From: an uncultured Clostridia bacterium
Lineage (GTDB): Bacteria > Bacillota > Clostridia > Christensenellales > CAMQZB01
DNA length: 64,000 bases
Direction of reading: 5' to 3'
Assembly (NCBI GenBank): GCA_947039455.1
Contig: CAMQZB010000002.1
Coordinates: forward strand, 22,736 to 86,735
The stretch's first letter is position 1. The number at the start of each line of letters is the position of its first letter. Both the position numbers and the translations under genes were made by a program. This document shows, in pieces, positions 8,603 through 17,870 of this stretch. The notes below the pieces were generated by a model, which was not told where the DNA came from, did not search any database, and saw only the letters and a list, made by a program, of their open reading frames with translations.

Positions 8603-9852
8603 AAAAATTATATAAGAACAAAGCAATGGCAATTATGCTACCAAGAAAACCTGAACCTGTGGTTGCAGTATCAAGAAAAACCGCTATAACTAAACTAGTT
8701 CTCGGCATAGTGTTATGTTTCACAGTTGTGATTCTGATGATCATGTGTTGTGCACCAAAGTTAGTTGTATATAGTGATGAAGGCAGAGCAAATGATAGTT
8801 TTACCGACCAGTTAGACAATATAGATTTAACACCATTTGAAGACTTTTTAGGTGAAGAAACCACATTTGGAGATGAGAGTTTCAAGGACAAGGTATCGGA
8901 TCTTTTGCAGGGAAAGCCAGTAGACGGAGAAAGCATTTTCACAAGCGTAATTCAAATAGTTTTCAAAAGTTTAACTGATTTGATACCACTTTTTTCAGTA
9001 TTAATAGGAATGACCTTGCTCTTTGGAGTACTAACGCATATGAAGAATGGTTTTTTGTCGGAAGAGATACAAGGGATACTAAATATGTGTCTGATGTTGT
9101 CTATAATGCTAGTTGTAATGGGAAGTGTAATCAACTTAATTGTGGAAGCAAAAACAGTTATGATAAGCCTAAAAAATCAAATGTTTACGGCATTTCCAAT
9201 ACTCTTAACATTAATGTTCGCAAGTGGTGGCAAAACATCTGTGGTAGCATTTCAACCGATACTATACTTTTTGTCGGTAATAATATCTGATGTAATAGTT
9301 AAAGCAGTTTTCCCAATATTCATATTTTCCCTTGTTATAAGTTTAATGTCAGCGGTGTCGCCACAAATGAAAATGAAGAAAATGAGTGACTTTCTAAAAA
9401 GCTCATCAATCTACATAATCGGAATAACATTAACAGTATTCACAGCAACACTAGCAATTTCAGGAGTGGCATCAGGAACATATGACAGCGTACTTTACAG
9501 AACAGCAAAATACGCAGTAGGACACAGCGTACCAGTAATTGGAGGGTATATAAGAGACGGGCTTGACGTTGTGATAATGTCAAGTGTAATGATAAAAAAC
9601 AGCGTAGGAATTGTTGCCATGATTCTATTTATGATGACGGTGCTGTCCCCAATAATAACAGTTTTCGGTTTCTCGCTAATGCTAAAATTAGTAGCAGGAA
9701 TTTCCGATGGTTTTTGCGACCCTGAAGTATCCAACTTTTTCGTAAGTGTTAGCAGTCATATCTCGTTAATAGGAGTGTCGCTCCTTGCGGTCACATTTAT
9801 GTATTTAATATCGGTATTAGCACTAATCGCCACCGCTAATATGGGGGTATAG
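8599..9852 (+). CDS. spoIIIAE: stage III sporulation protein AE
   Basis: 417-aa polytopic membrane protein. It is the largest member of the operon and sits at the expected position. Confidence 0.85.
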   Translation: MKKLYKNKAMAIMLPRKPEPVVAVSRKTAITKLVLGIVLCFTVVILMIMCCAPKLVVYSDEGRANDSFTDQLDNIDLTPFEDFLGEETTFGDESFKDKVSDLLQGKPVDGESIFTSVIQIVFKSLTDLIPLFSVLIGMTLLFGVLTHMKNGFLSEEIQGILNMCLMLSIMLVVMGSVINLIVEAKTVMISLKNQMFTAFPILLTLMFASGGKTSVVAFQPILYFLSVIISDVIVKAVFPIFIFSLVISLMSAVSPQMKMKKMSDFLKSSSIYIIGITLTVFTATLAISGVASGTYDSVLYRTAKYAVGHSVPVIGGYIRDGLDVVIMSSVMIKNSVGIVAMILFMMTVLSPIITVFGFSLMLKLVAGISDGFCDPEVSNFFVSVSSHISLIGVSLLAVTFMYLISVLALIATANMGV

Positions 9853-9856
9853 AGTA

Positions 9857-10291
9857 ATGATGAATGGCATAATAATGAGCCTACTTGGTGGGTTCGTAGC
9901 AAGTCTTTTGTTAGAAATGATAATCCCAAACGGAGATCTAAAAAAATATTCTCGGTTTGTGATTTCAATAGTAGTAGCCATGATAATCCTATCGCCAATC
10001 ATAGGTGCAATAGGTGGTTTATCAGGAAAAGAGTTTACATTTGACGGATTTAACCTAGACGAAAACTATATAGAATCACGTGATAATGAAAAAATATCTG
10101 TAATTGAAGGTGGCGTTGAGGAATATTTAGAAATAAATGGCATAGATTGTGATGTAGAAGTATTTTATGAGAACGAAATAATACAAAGAGTAACGGTAAA
10201 AGGCGTAGCCAATAACAAAAGTAAAAGAGCGAAAGAGTTGGTATCTGAATTACTTGAAATCAATAAAGAGAGGGTAAATGTTTATGAATAA
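9857..10291 (+). CDS. spoIIIAF: stage III sporulation protein AF
   Basis: 144 aa with two N-terminal TM segments and a soluble C-terminus. Position matches the operon order. Confidence 0.75.
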   Translation: MMNGIIMSLLGGFVASLLLEMIIPNGDLKKYSRFVISIVVAMIILSPIIGAIGGLSGKEFTFDGFNLDENYIESRDNEKISVIEGGVEEYLEINGIDCDVEVFYENEIIQRVTVKGVANNKSKRAKELVSELLEINKERVNVYE

Positions 10292-10706
10292 AACACAAGA
10301 TACTGGTTCTACAAGTGTAGTATCTCGCATAAAATACAGTAAGAATATGGAGATTTGCCTTGGAGTAATAATCCTTGCAGTTCTTTTGATTGTGTACTTT
10401 GTCAGCGGAAGTGGCATTACAGTAGGAGCAAGTTCCAAGATGACCGATGAAGAAATTCGGTTAGCGGAAACTTTGAGTAATATCAAAGGAGTGGGAAGTG
10501 TTACGGTAATGATTACTAACAAAGAAATAGTAACCAATGTGGGAGGAACTTTTGGAGATGAGGACATTATAACAAAGGAGATTGAAGGTGTCGTAGTGGT
10601 TGCGGAAGGAGCAAGTGACGTAGCAATCAAGATGGATTTAATCAACGCAGTGTGTTTTGCACTTAATATTAAAACATATCAAGTCGAAGTATTTGAGATG
10701 AAATAA
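10278..10706 (+). CDS. spoIIIAG: stage III sporulation protein AG
   Basis: One N-terminal TM segment. The C-terminal block GVVVVAEGA...A is typical of SpoIIIAG ring-forming proteins. Confidence 0.8.
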   Translation: MFMNKTQDTGSTSVVSRIKYSKNMEICLGVIILAVLLIVYFVSGSGITVGASSKMTDEEIRLAETLSNIKGVGSVTVMITNKEIVTNVGGTFGDEDIITKEIEGVVVVAEGASDVAIKMDLINAVCFALNIKTYQVEVFEMK

Positions 10707-10729
10707 ATGACAAATTTGGAGGTAAATAT

Positions 10730-11203
10730 ATGTCAAAAAACAAAAAAATCATATTTTCAGTTGCAATGGTGATGTTATTAGTAGCAACAGCCTATTTGAA
10801 TGTAGTTCTAACAAGAGCAAGTGGTGACGATCAAACGCCAGCACCGGTGGGAAACTTCTTCTCAGAGTTCAGATCAGAACGTTCTAGCACAAGAGACCAA
10901 GAGATTTTGTATTTAGATAGTATAATCGGCAATCAAGGATTGACTGAAGAAACTATTGAGAACGCAGTTGATCAAAAATTAGCTTTGGTTTCATTAATGG
11001 AAAGTGAGCTAGTATTAGAAGGATTAATTAAAGCAAAAGGCTTTCAAGACGTTGCAGTAACAATGTCAAGCGCAAGCGAAAATGTAAATGTCGTGGTGAA
11101 AACTGACGAGTTGTCACAAGAAGATGTAGCACAAATTTACAGTATCCTAGCGGAAGAAGTTAATGCTGAATATGGAAATATTAAGATTATTCCAATTAGC
11201 TAA
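10730..11203 (+). CDS. spoIIIAH: stage III sporulation protein AH
   Basis: One N-terminal TM segment. The FFSEFRSERSSTRDQE block is typical of SpoIIIAH. It is the last gene before a terminator. Confidence 0.8.
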   Translation: MSKNKKIIFSVAMVMLLVATAYLNVVLTRASGDDQTPAPVGNFFSEFRSERSSTRDQEILYLDSIIGNQGLTEETIENAVDQKLALVSLMESELVLEGLIKAKGFQDVAVTMSSASENVNVVVKTDELSQEDVAQIYSILAEEVNAEYGNIKIIPIS

Positions 11204-11228
11204 TGTGTTTTTAAGAAGATAGCAACAT

Positions 11229-11258
11229 AAAGGGGGAGCGGTTAACCGTTCCTTTTTT
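11229..11258 (+). terminator. rho-independent terminator ending the spoIIIA operon
   Basis: GGGGAGCGGTTAACCGTTCC hairpin (core palindrome CGGTTAACCG) followed by TTTTTT. Confidence 0.8.
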
Positions 11259-11385
11259 ATATTTCCTAAGAAAATTAATTGCTATGCTAACTGAATTTGT
11301 GCTATACTATAGAAAGATAATTATAATGTTTTAGCATAATTGAAAATGCTGAAATATAAAAAAATTTGACCAGTGAGGTATGTAA

Positions 11386-11736
11386 ATGTTTGATAAAAGC
11401 AAAAGCAATAAAGGGAAAATAATATTCAACGATTCTATAATTACTAACATCGTAACGTTAGCAGTTTCTGAAGTTGAAGGTGTGGCACTAATAAAGGAAG
11501 CAAAAAGCAAGGGCGAAGATGTCACTGGCACTTTTTTGCAAAGATTAAAGTTTGAAACGGACAAAAATGATCTAACAATCCAACTGTCTTTTTACGTGTA
11601 TTATGGTTACACAATACCTGAAGTGGCGTTTAAAGTACAAGAAGCTGTGAAAAACGGTGTGGAGAACATGACAGGTTATCATTTGAAAGCTGTTGATGTA
11701 ACAATTATGGGTGTTATAACACCAAATGAGGCGTAA
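11386..11736 (+). CDS. Asp23/Gls24 family envelope stress protein
   Basis: IIFNDSIITNIVTLAVSEVEGV is the Asp23 family signature. It sits upstream of nusB, as YqhY does in Bacillus. Confidence 0.85.
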   Translation: MFDKSKSNKGKIIFNDSIITNIVTLAVSEVEGVALIKEAKSKGEDVTGTFLQRLKFETDKNDLTIQLSFYVYYGYTIPEVAFKVQEAVKNGVENMTGYHLKAVDVTIMGVITPNEA

Positions 11737-11741
11737 AACAT

Positions 11742-12281
11742 ATGAGAAAAGATGCGAGAGAAGTTTCCTTTAAACTAATTTTTGAATATTTATTTAAGAA
11801 TGAAAAAAACATGGAATTACAAATTGAATTAGGAAAATCACCTGAATTTAAAATCAACGAAGACGATTTGCTAATGATCGACTCAACTTATGAAGGTGTT
11901 ACTTCAAAGATTGAGGAACTAAGAAATTCAATCAAAAAATACGCAGTAGGTTTCACTATCGAGCGTATGTACAAAGCGGACGTAGCATTGCTAGTTCTTG
12001 CCATGTACGAAATAAAATACTGCGACGATATTCCTTATGCAGTTTCAGTGAATGAAGTTCTTGACCTATCAAAGAAATATAGTTCAGAAAAAAGCACTTC
12101 TTTCATTAACGGAATTCTTGCTAACTACATCAAAAACGGTGCAGATGCGGATTGCGAAACTGAAGCGGAAGTAGCAGTAGTTGAAGAAACTGTTGTAGAA
12201 GAAGTAGCTGTTGAAACAGTTGTAGAAGAAGCTGTAGCGGTAGAAACTGAAAAAGAAATAGAAGCGGTGGAAGAAGTATAA
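11742..12281 (+). CDS. nusB: transcription antitermination factor NusB with an acidic C-terminal extension
   Basis: The NusB core (REVSFKLIFEY...FINGILAN) is followed by a V/E/A-rich tail of about 45 aa. Confidence 0.9.
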   Translation: MRKDAREVSFKLIFEYLFKNEKNMELQIELGKSPEFKINEDDLLMIDSTYEGVTSKIEELRNSIKKYAVGFTIERMYKADVALLVLAMYEIKYCDDIPYAVSVNEVLDLSKKYSSEKSTSFINGILANYIKNGADADCETEAEVAVVEETVVEEVAVETVVEEAVAVETEKEIEAVEEV

Positions 12282-13124
12282 ATGAAAATAGATGGAAAGC
12301 TTTTAAGCGAAAAAATCAGAGCTGAAATAAAAGAAGAAGTAAATTTGATTACAGATAAAGAAGGACGAGCGCCTTCTTTATCTGTAATTTTAGTTGGAAG
12401 CGACCCTGCATCGAAAATTTACGTTGGAAGTAAAGGAAAAGCGTGTGAAAGTGTGGGAATGAAATCCAACACTTTTGAGTTGCCTGAAAATTCAACTAAT
12501 AAAGATGTAATTGAGCTTATTGAAGGGCTAAACGAAAGCGGAAAGGTTGACGGAATTCTTGTTCAAGTTCCACTTCCAAAACATCTTGACCAAGAAAGAA
12601 TTCTAAAAACCATTTCACCTAATAAAGATGTGGACGGATTTTTAGAATCTAGTGTTGGAAAACTGTACCTAAATCAAGACGGCTTTTTACCATGTACCGC
12701 ATGGGGAATTGTTGAGCTTATTAAAAGTACAGGAACTGAAATATCAGGAAAACACGCAGTAATTATTGGTCGCAGTAATATTGTTGGAAAGCCACTTTCT
12801 TTACTTTTATTAAGAGAAAACGCAACAGTAACAGTGTGCCACAGCAAAACTACTAACATTGCAAACCACACAAAAACTGCTGATATAGTAATCGTAGCAA
12901 TCGGACAAAAAGAATTTTTGACTGGTGATATGGTGAAAGATGGCGCGGTGGTAATCGATGTTGGAATGAACCGAGTTGATGGAAAATTGTATGGTGACGT
13001 GAACTTTGAAGAAGTGTCAAAAAAAGCAAGTTTTATCACCCCAGTTCCAGGGGGCGTTGGTCCAATGACAATTACAATGCTACTAAAAAACACTTTGAAA
13101 GCAAGACTTGCAAATAAGGATTAA
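12282..13124 (+). CDS. folD: bifunctional methylenetetrahydrofolate dehydrogenase/cyclohydrolase
   Basis: Motifs ILVGSDPASKIYV, DGILVQVPLP, GRSNIVGKP and PVPGGVGPMT. Confidence 0.95.
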   Translation: MKIDGKLLSEKIRAEIKEEVNLITDKEGRAPSLSVILVGSDPASKIYVGSKGKACESVGMKSNTFELPENSTNKDVIELIEGLNESGKVDGILVQVPLPKHLDQERILKTISPNKDVDGFLESSVGKLYLNQDGFLPCTAWGIVELIKSTGTEISGKHAVIIGRSNIVGKPLSLLLLRENATVTVCHSKTTNIANHTKTADIVIVAIGQKEFLTGDMVKDGAVVIDVGMNRVDGKLYGDVNFEEVSKKASFITPVPGGVGPMTITMLLKNTLKARLANKD

Positions 13125-13126
13125 TT

Positions 13127-14323
13127 ATGGAAGATAGAGTTTATTCGATAGTTGAACTGAATCAAATTATTAAAAGAATATTTGATTTTGAGGAACATTT
13201 ACACGGAATAATGCTAAGTGGCGAGGTGACTAACTTTAAAATTTCAGGAAGTCACGCCTACTTTAATTTAAAAGACAACGAAGCACAAATTTTTTGTACA
13301 TTCTTTAATATAACAAGAACCGACACTCCAACAGTGAAAAACGGTGATAAAGTTATAGTTCGAGGTACTCCAGATTTTTACGTAAAAGGTGGTTCACTGT
13401 CTTTGAAAGTAACAAAAATTTCCCCAGCGGGACTTGGTGCGTTGTATTTAAAATTCATTGAATTAAAAGAAAAATTAGAAAAAGAAGGAATTTTTGACGA
13501 TAGCCATAAAATAGCAATCCCAACTCATTCAAAACGAATTGGAGTGCTAACAAGTAAAACAGGTGCGGTAATTCGTGATATAATTAATGTAGCCACAAGA
13601 CGAAATCCATTTGTTGATATCGTGCTTTTCCCAGTGAAAGTGCAAGGTGAAAATGCTGATGTGGATATAGCGAGAGGGATTGAAAAACTTGATAGTGCAA
13701 AGATTTGCGATGTGATAATCGTTGGTCGTGGCGGTGGATCTATGGAAGATTTGCAACCATTTAACACTGAAATAGTTGCCCGTGCAGTTTATAATTGCAA
13801 CACACCAATTATATCAGCAGTAGGTCACGAAACTGATTTCTCACTATGTGATTTCGCAGCGGATTTACGAGCTCCAACTCCTTCCGCAGCAGCTGAATTA
13901 GCTTGCCCTGATATAATGTCAGATGCAGGAATTTTTCTTTCAAAAGCTAATTTAATGGCGAAATACGCTGTTAGAAATATTGAAGAAAAAGAACGTAAAT
14001 TGTCACATAACATTGACAAATTGCAATTATTAGGTGAAAATAATCTAATAAAAGGCAGACAGAAAATAGACAATCTAAACCAAAGAATGATTGGACGCAT
14101 TAAGGAAATATATACTGAAAAACGCAATACTTTAAAAATGCAAATTAATACTTTAGAGAATGTAAGCCCACTTAAAATGCTATCAAAAGGCTATGCGAAA
14201 GTATTAGTTGACAGCAAAGTAGTGACGAAAATTGAAGATGTAAAAGTAGATGATGTATTAACAACTCATTTGCTAAATGGCGTAGTTAAATCAAAAGTAG
14301 TAACTACGGAAATAAAGAATTAG
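13127..14323 (+). CDS. xseA: exodeoxyribonuclease VII large subunit
   Basis: N-terminal OB fold (SGEVTNFK..SGHAYFNLKD), RIGVLTS..GAVIRD, GRGGGS.EDL, and GHETD. Confidence 0.95.
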   Translation: MEDRVYSIVELNQIIKRIFDFEEHLHGIMLSGEVTNFKISGSHAYFNLKDNEAQIFCTFFNITRTDTPTVKNGDKVIVRGTPDFYVKGGSLSLKVTKISPAGLGALYLKFIELKEKLEKEGIFDDSHKIAIPTHSKRIGVLTSKTGAVIRDIINVATRRNPFVDIVLFPVKVQGENADVDIARGIEKLDSAKICDVIIVGRGGGSMEDLQPFNTEIVARAVYNCNTPIISAVGHETDFSLCDFAADLRAPTPSAAAELACPDIMSDAGIFLSKANLMAKYAVRNIEEKERKLSHNIDKLQLLGENNLIKGRQKIDNLNQRMIGRIKEIYTEKRNTLKMQINTLENVSPLKMLSKGYAKVLVDSKVVTKIEDVKVDDVLTTHLLNGVVKSKVVTTEIKN

Positions 14324-14334
14324 GAGATACAAAT

Positions 14335-14550
14335 ATGAATTTCGAAGAAGGAACAAAGAAATTAGAATCAATAATCACAAAACTAGATGCAAGCGATGTA
14401 ACACTAGATAACAGCATTAAATTGTTTGAACAAGGTGTAGCAATAACACGTGATTGCCTTGAAATCTTGGATACATCAAAAGGCAAAATCACTGAAATTA
14501 AAATGGCATTTGACAAATTAGTTGAAAGCCCAATGGATAGCAATAAATAG
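14335..14550 (+). CDS. xseB: exodeoxyribonuclease VII small subunit
   Basis: 71 aa. FEEGTKKLESIITKLD...LDNSIKLFEQG is typical of XseB. It is adjacent to xseA. Confidence 0.9.
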   Translation: MNFEEGTKKLESIITKLDASDVTLDNSIKLFEQGVAITRDCLEILDTSKGKITEIKMAFDKLVESPMDSNK

Positions 14551-14593
14551 ATTTAGCAATTTCTAAATTGTCTAAACAAATAGAAAGGAAACT

Positions 14594-15463
14594 ATGAAAT
14601 ACACAACTGATTACAAAAGAATATTGGAGTTATTTGAAGAAAACCTTCCAAAGCAATTTGGTGATGGTGGCTTTAATACCCTAGAAAAAAGCATGGAATA
14701 TTCCCTTTTTTCAGGTGGAAAAAGACTTCGTCCAGTACTAATGTTAAAAGTGGGAGAGCTTTTTGGCGCGGACTTTAATCGTGTAATGCCATTTGCTGCC
14801 GCCCTTGAAATGATACACACATATTCTCTAATTCATGACGATTTGCCATGTATGGATAATGACGATTTAAGACGTGGAAAGCCAACAAATCACAAGATTT
14901 TCGGTTACGGAAACGCAGTTCTTGCAGGTGACGGATTACTTAATCTAGCCTTTGAAACTGCAATAAATAACATCACCGACAAGGGTACGTTAACCGCAGC
15001 GAAAGTGTTAAGCCGAGCAAGCGGAAGATGTGGAATGATCTCTGGTCAATCCGCAGATTTGTATTTTGAAAATAAGGAAGCAACTAAAGAAGATTTGGAG
15101 TATATCCACAAAAACAAAACAGCTGCAATAATTCGTTCAGCCTTTGAAATGGGCGGACATCTAGGAAATGCAACAACTTTGGAAATTGTAATACTAGTAG
15201 AATTCGCTAATGCTTTTGGAATGATATTTCAACTTACTGATGATTTATTGGATAAATACGGTGACGAAAAAACACTAGGAAAAACTATAGGTAAAGACGA
15301 AAAGTCATCAAAGTCCTCAAGTTTATATGTAATCGGTGAAGAAAAAACAAGAGAATTAATTTCAACTGAACATGAAAAAGCGTTGAATTTATTAGATAAA
15401 TTATCAGTAAATACAGAATTTTTTAAAGAATTATTAAATGATACAGTGTCAAGAAAAATGTAA
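14594..15463 (+). CDS. ispA: farnesyl/geranyl diphosphate synthase (polyprenyl synthetase)
   Basis: First DDxxD region LIHDDLPCMDNDDLRRG and second motif QLTDDLLD. Confidence 0.9.
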   Translation: MKYTTDYKRILELFEENLPKQFGDGGFNTLEKSMEYSLFSGGKRLRPVLMLKVGELFGADFNRVMPFAAALEMIHTYSLIHDDLPCMDNDDLRRGKPTNHKIFGYGNAVLAGDGLLNLAFETAINNITDKGTLTAAKVLSRASGRCGMISGQSADLYFENKEATKEDLEYIHKNKTAAIIRSAFEMGGHLGNATTLEIVILVEFANAFGMIFQLTDDLLDKYGDEKTLGKTIGKDEKSSKSSSLYVIGEEKTRELISTEHEKALNLLDKLSVNTEFFKELLNDTVSRKM

Positions 15464-15497
15464 TTTTCTCACATTTTGGGAATATATTTTTAGATAG

Positions 15498-15526
15498 TTG
15501 ATATTTATATGAATTTATGTTATAAT
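15498..15526 (+). promoter_or_regulatory. near-consensus sigma-A promoter driving the OLE RNA-oapA unit
   Basis: TTGATA (15498-15503), 17-nt spacer, then TGtTATAAT (TATAAT at 15521-15526). Confidence 0.7.
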
Positions 15527-15532
15527 AATGAT

Positions 15533-16175
15533 ATGGTGGTGCAGTATTCTAGTCAGACCAGTTTGCTTTGAAAACGGGGTTAAAATACCGGAAAGGGCAT
15601 ATCGATGAAGTTTCTTGTGCGTGCTTCCGTTGCCCAAACGGGGGGTGCGTACTGGGAGTTAAGGATTATGGGCGTGTCGCAACGGCATGCGACGGGCGAC
15701 CCATTTTCCGTGGAGGCTCAACCTTGTGGGATGCAAATAATTAGATCCTATGAATTGAGATTAAACCTGTCTCGTGGCATTATTAAGCTGCGAACAGTGT
15801 AGCCTGCCTTGAGTGAACATAGCGGATTGAGGAACAACGTATAATTCGGTAGGCCATCGAAGAATTACGATTGCTTTGTGAAACTATGATTTGCAAAAGA
15901 GGCTGGAAGTGAGGTGGTTTGCCAAGGAAAGCTTCTAGACTGTGTGCACAGCATAAATATATTGGGGATTAAAGTGTGGTCTAAAAGGCGATTCAGTTTT
16001 ACATTTGGCGACAGTGTAATGTTTCATTTTAAGGGAAACCGCTCACATCGGTGACGATGAGTATGATACAAGGAAACCTTACTGAACCTAAGCCGCAAAG
16101 TTTACTCAATATATTACCACCTAATTTTGAAACATTTCAAGGACAATTTTTGTTACAATATGAGAATTGTCCTTG
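15533..16175 (+). ncRNA. ole: OLE (ornate, large, extremophilic) RNA
   Basis: About 640 nt with no RBS-preceded ORF, and visibly more G+C-rich than its flanks. It has many local helices (for example GTCGCA/TGCGAC at 15676-15693) and a closing hairpin at 16139-16174. It lies between ispA and a 4-TM protein, followed by tlyA-nadK-argR-recN, which is the neighbourhood described for OLE RNA. I did not align it to a covariance model. Confidence 0.75.
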
Positions 16176-16204
16176 TTTTAATAGTAGTTAAGGAGACGAA
16201 ATTT

Positions 16205-16915
16205 TTGGAAACCAAAAAAGGGGACGACCCGAATTTTAAAAACAGTGACAATGAGGATTTAGAGGACTATAAAATGCCCGATGATTATGCGGAAACGTAT
16301 GAGTTCGTGGAAATACCGTTGCCTAAAAAGGTAATTGAGAAAAAAGTCCGAGTGCAAAAACCTAGATTGACAAAAGAAATGAAAGTGAAACAGCTGAAAA
16401 AACAAGATAAATTTTTCGTAGCAAGAATGTTTATAATGACATTTGCGTTAGCGGTAGTGTTCACGGTAATCACCCAAACGGTGTTATCAGGAGGAAGCCT
16501 AATAATCTCCTTCACCTTGCTTTTCGCACTAGTGGGAATAAGCATTATTTTCGATGTTATCGGAACATCAGCAGCATCTTGTGACATACAGCCCTTTATT
16601 TCAAAGGCAGCAAGAAAAGATAAATCCGCAACAGTAGCAGTGAAATTACTGAAAAATGCTGAGAAAGTATCCAGTTTTTGTAACGACGTAGTAGGAGATA
16701 TTTGCGGTATCGTATCAGGCGGTTGTGCAAGTGCAATCATAATGTCAATTACTGTAGAAGGTACAACGCAGCAAATTATAATTAATATAGTTTTGTCTTC
16801 AATCGTATCAGCAATGACCGTTGGTGGAAAAGCCATAGGAAAATTAACAGCAATAAGATCAAGCGAAAAAATCATAACAATGGTTGCAAACGTCATGGGC
16901 GTATTCAAAAAATAA
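16205..16915 (+). CDS. oapA: OLE-associated membrane protein OapA-like (four TM helices)
   Basis: Basic/acidic N-terminal tail followed by 4 TM segments with embedded acidic motifs (FDVIGT, NDVVGD). It is immediately downstream of the OLE candidate. The in-frame TTG at 16205 lies 9 nt after AGGAG, and the track start at 16127 would fall inside the RNA. Confidence 0.7.
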   Translation: METKKGDDPNFKNSDNEDLEDYKMPDDYAETYEFVEIPLPKKVIEKKVRVQKPRLTKEMKVKQLKKQDKFFVARMFIMTFALAVVFTVITQTVLSGGSLIISFTLLFALVGISIIFDVIGTSAASCDIQPFISKAARKDKSATVAVKLLKNAEKVSSFCNDVVGDICGIVSGGCASAIIMSITVEGTTQQIIINIVLSSIVSAMTVGGKAIGKLTAIRSSEKIITMVANVMGVFKK

Positions 16916-16943
16916 CAATAGATTGTTAAAAATAAAGTCAAAT

Positions 16944-16978
16944 AAGGAGAAACAGCAACCTTGCTTTTTCTCCTTTTA
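16944..16978 (+). terminator. strong rho-independent terminator after oapA
   Basis: 15-nt arms AAGGAGAAACAGCAA / TTGCTTTTTCTCCTT (14 of 15 paired), followed by Ts. Confidence 0.85.
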
Positions 16979-16996
16979 TAATGTATAGGAGATAAT

Positions 16997-17749
16997 ATGA
17001 GATTAGATATGTACCTAGTTGAGAATTGTGATGTTAAATCACGATCACGAGCTAAAATGTTTATAGAAAAAGGACTAGTATTAGTAAATGGGGTTGCAGT
17101 AACTAAAGTAGCTTATGATGTTGCAGAAGGGAAAACCGTGGAAATTGCTAAGGTTCAACAATACGCTTCACGTGGTGCTTATAAACTAGAAAAAGCAGTA
17201 ATTGAGTTTGATTATGATGTTAAAGACAAAGTATTTCTTGACGTTGGTGCATCAAATGGCGGTTTCACTGATTACTTATTATCTAAAGGCGCAAAAAAAG
17301 TTTACGCTATTGATGTTGGAGAGAACCAGTTAGAGCAACATTTGTTGGAAGATAAAAGAGTTGTTGTTATGGATAAAACCAATGCGAAAAATCTAACTAA
17401 AGAGATGTTTGCTGAAGAAGTTTTGCACTGTGTTTCTGATGTTTCGTTTATCTCATTAAAACTAATAATTCCAGTTTTATCTGAAATAGTTGAAAGTATG
17501 TTGCTACTTATTAAACCTCAGTTTGAATGTGGAAGAAGTGCATCAAATAAAAATGGTATAGTTACAAACAAAAAATATCACTTTGAAGCAATTTTAGGAA
17601 TAAAAGAAGTTGCGAAAATGGTTGGAATGCCTATGAGTAAACTAACTGTCGGAAGCAGTGAAACAGGGAAGAATATTGAATTTATGTGTCAGCTTGGAAA
17701 AGATACTGAAATTCTAAACAAAGACCTTGAAAATGTTGTAAACAAATAA
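16997..17749 (+). CDS. tlyA: TlyA family rRNA (cytidine-2'-O)-methyltransferase
   Basis: N-terminal S4 domain (RLDMYLVE...SRSRAK.FIEKGLVLVNG) plus an FtsJ-like SAM motif (LDVGASNGGFTD). Confidence 0.9.
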   Translation: MRLDMYLVENCDVKSRSRAKMFIEKGLVLVNGVAVTKVAYDVAEGKTVEIAKVQQYASRGAYKLEKAVIEFDYDVKDKVFLDVGASNGGFTDYLLSKGAKKVYAIDVGENQLEQHLLEDKRVVVMDKTNAKNLTKEMFAEEVLHCVSDVSFISLKLIIPVLSEIVESMLLLIKPQFECGRSASNKNGIVTNKKYHFEAILGIKEVAKMVGMPMSKLTVGSSETGKNIEFMCQLGKDTEILNKDLENVVNK

Positions 17750-17870
17750 TAATTTCATGAATAAAAAATTATAAATATTACTTTTCCTACAAATACCCCT
17801 TGAATTCTTGCATAAAATAGTGTATAATACGTATAGTAAACAAATTATCACTTTATTATGAGGAGCGTCT

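Noticed and set aside
9087-9290. Small same-strand alternative-frame ORFs inside spoIIIAE (9087-9290), the ABC permease (4780-4968), the EIIC-like gene (27943-28176) and the triad region (43935-44147)
   Set aside because: They are embedded in longer, better supported frames. None has an RBS or a recognisable motif.
15605-15802. 65-aa ORF inside the ispA-oapA gap
   Set aside because: It has no RBS and lies within a GC-rich, helix-dense region that fits OLE RNA. The Arg/Gly/Cys-rich translation looks like a random frame through structured RNA.
15533-16175. Alternative identity as RNase P RNA or another large housekeeping RNA
   Set aside because: I could not find the universally conserved RNase P motif (GAGGAAAGUCC-like) or its ACAGAA-type partner. 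tmRNA is located elsewhere in the window. The length and gene context fit OLE better. A covariance-model check is still needed.
16285-16941. 218-aa - strand ORF antisense to oapA
   Set aside because: It is a shadow ORF in an AT-rich genome. The + strand frame gives a coherent 4-TM protein with an RBS. The - strand frame has no RBS and runs through the oapA terminator.
17803-17840. Shared ACCCCTTGAA-containing promoter sequence upstream of nadK (17803-17840) and the mini P-loop ORF (39381-39414)
   Set aside because: The similarity is largely explained by both being near-consensus sigma-A promoters (TTGAAx-17-TAxAAT). Two copies are too few to claim a specific regulatory motif.
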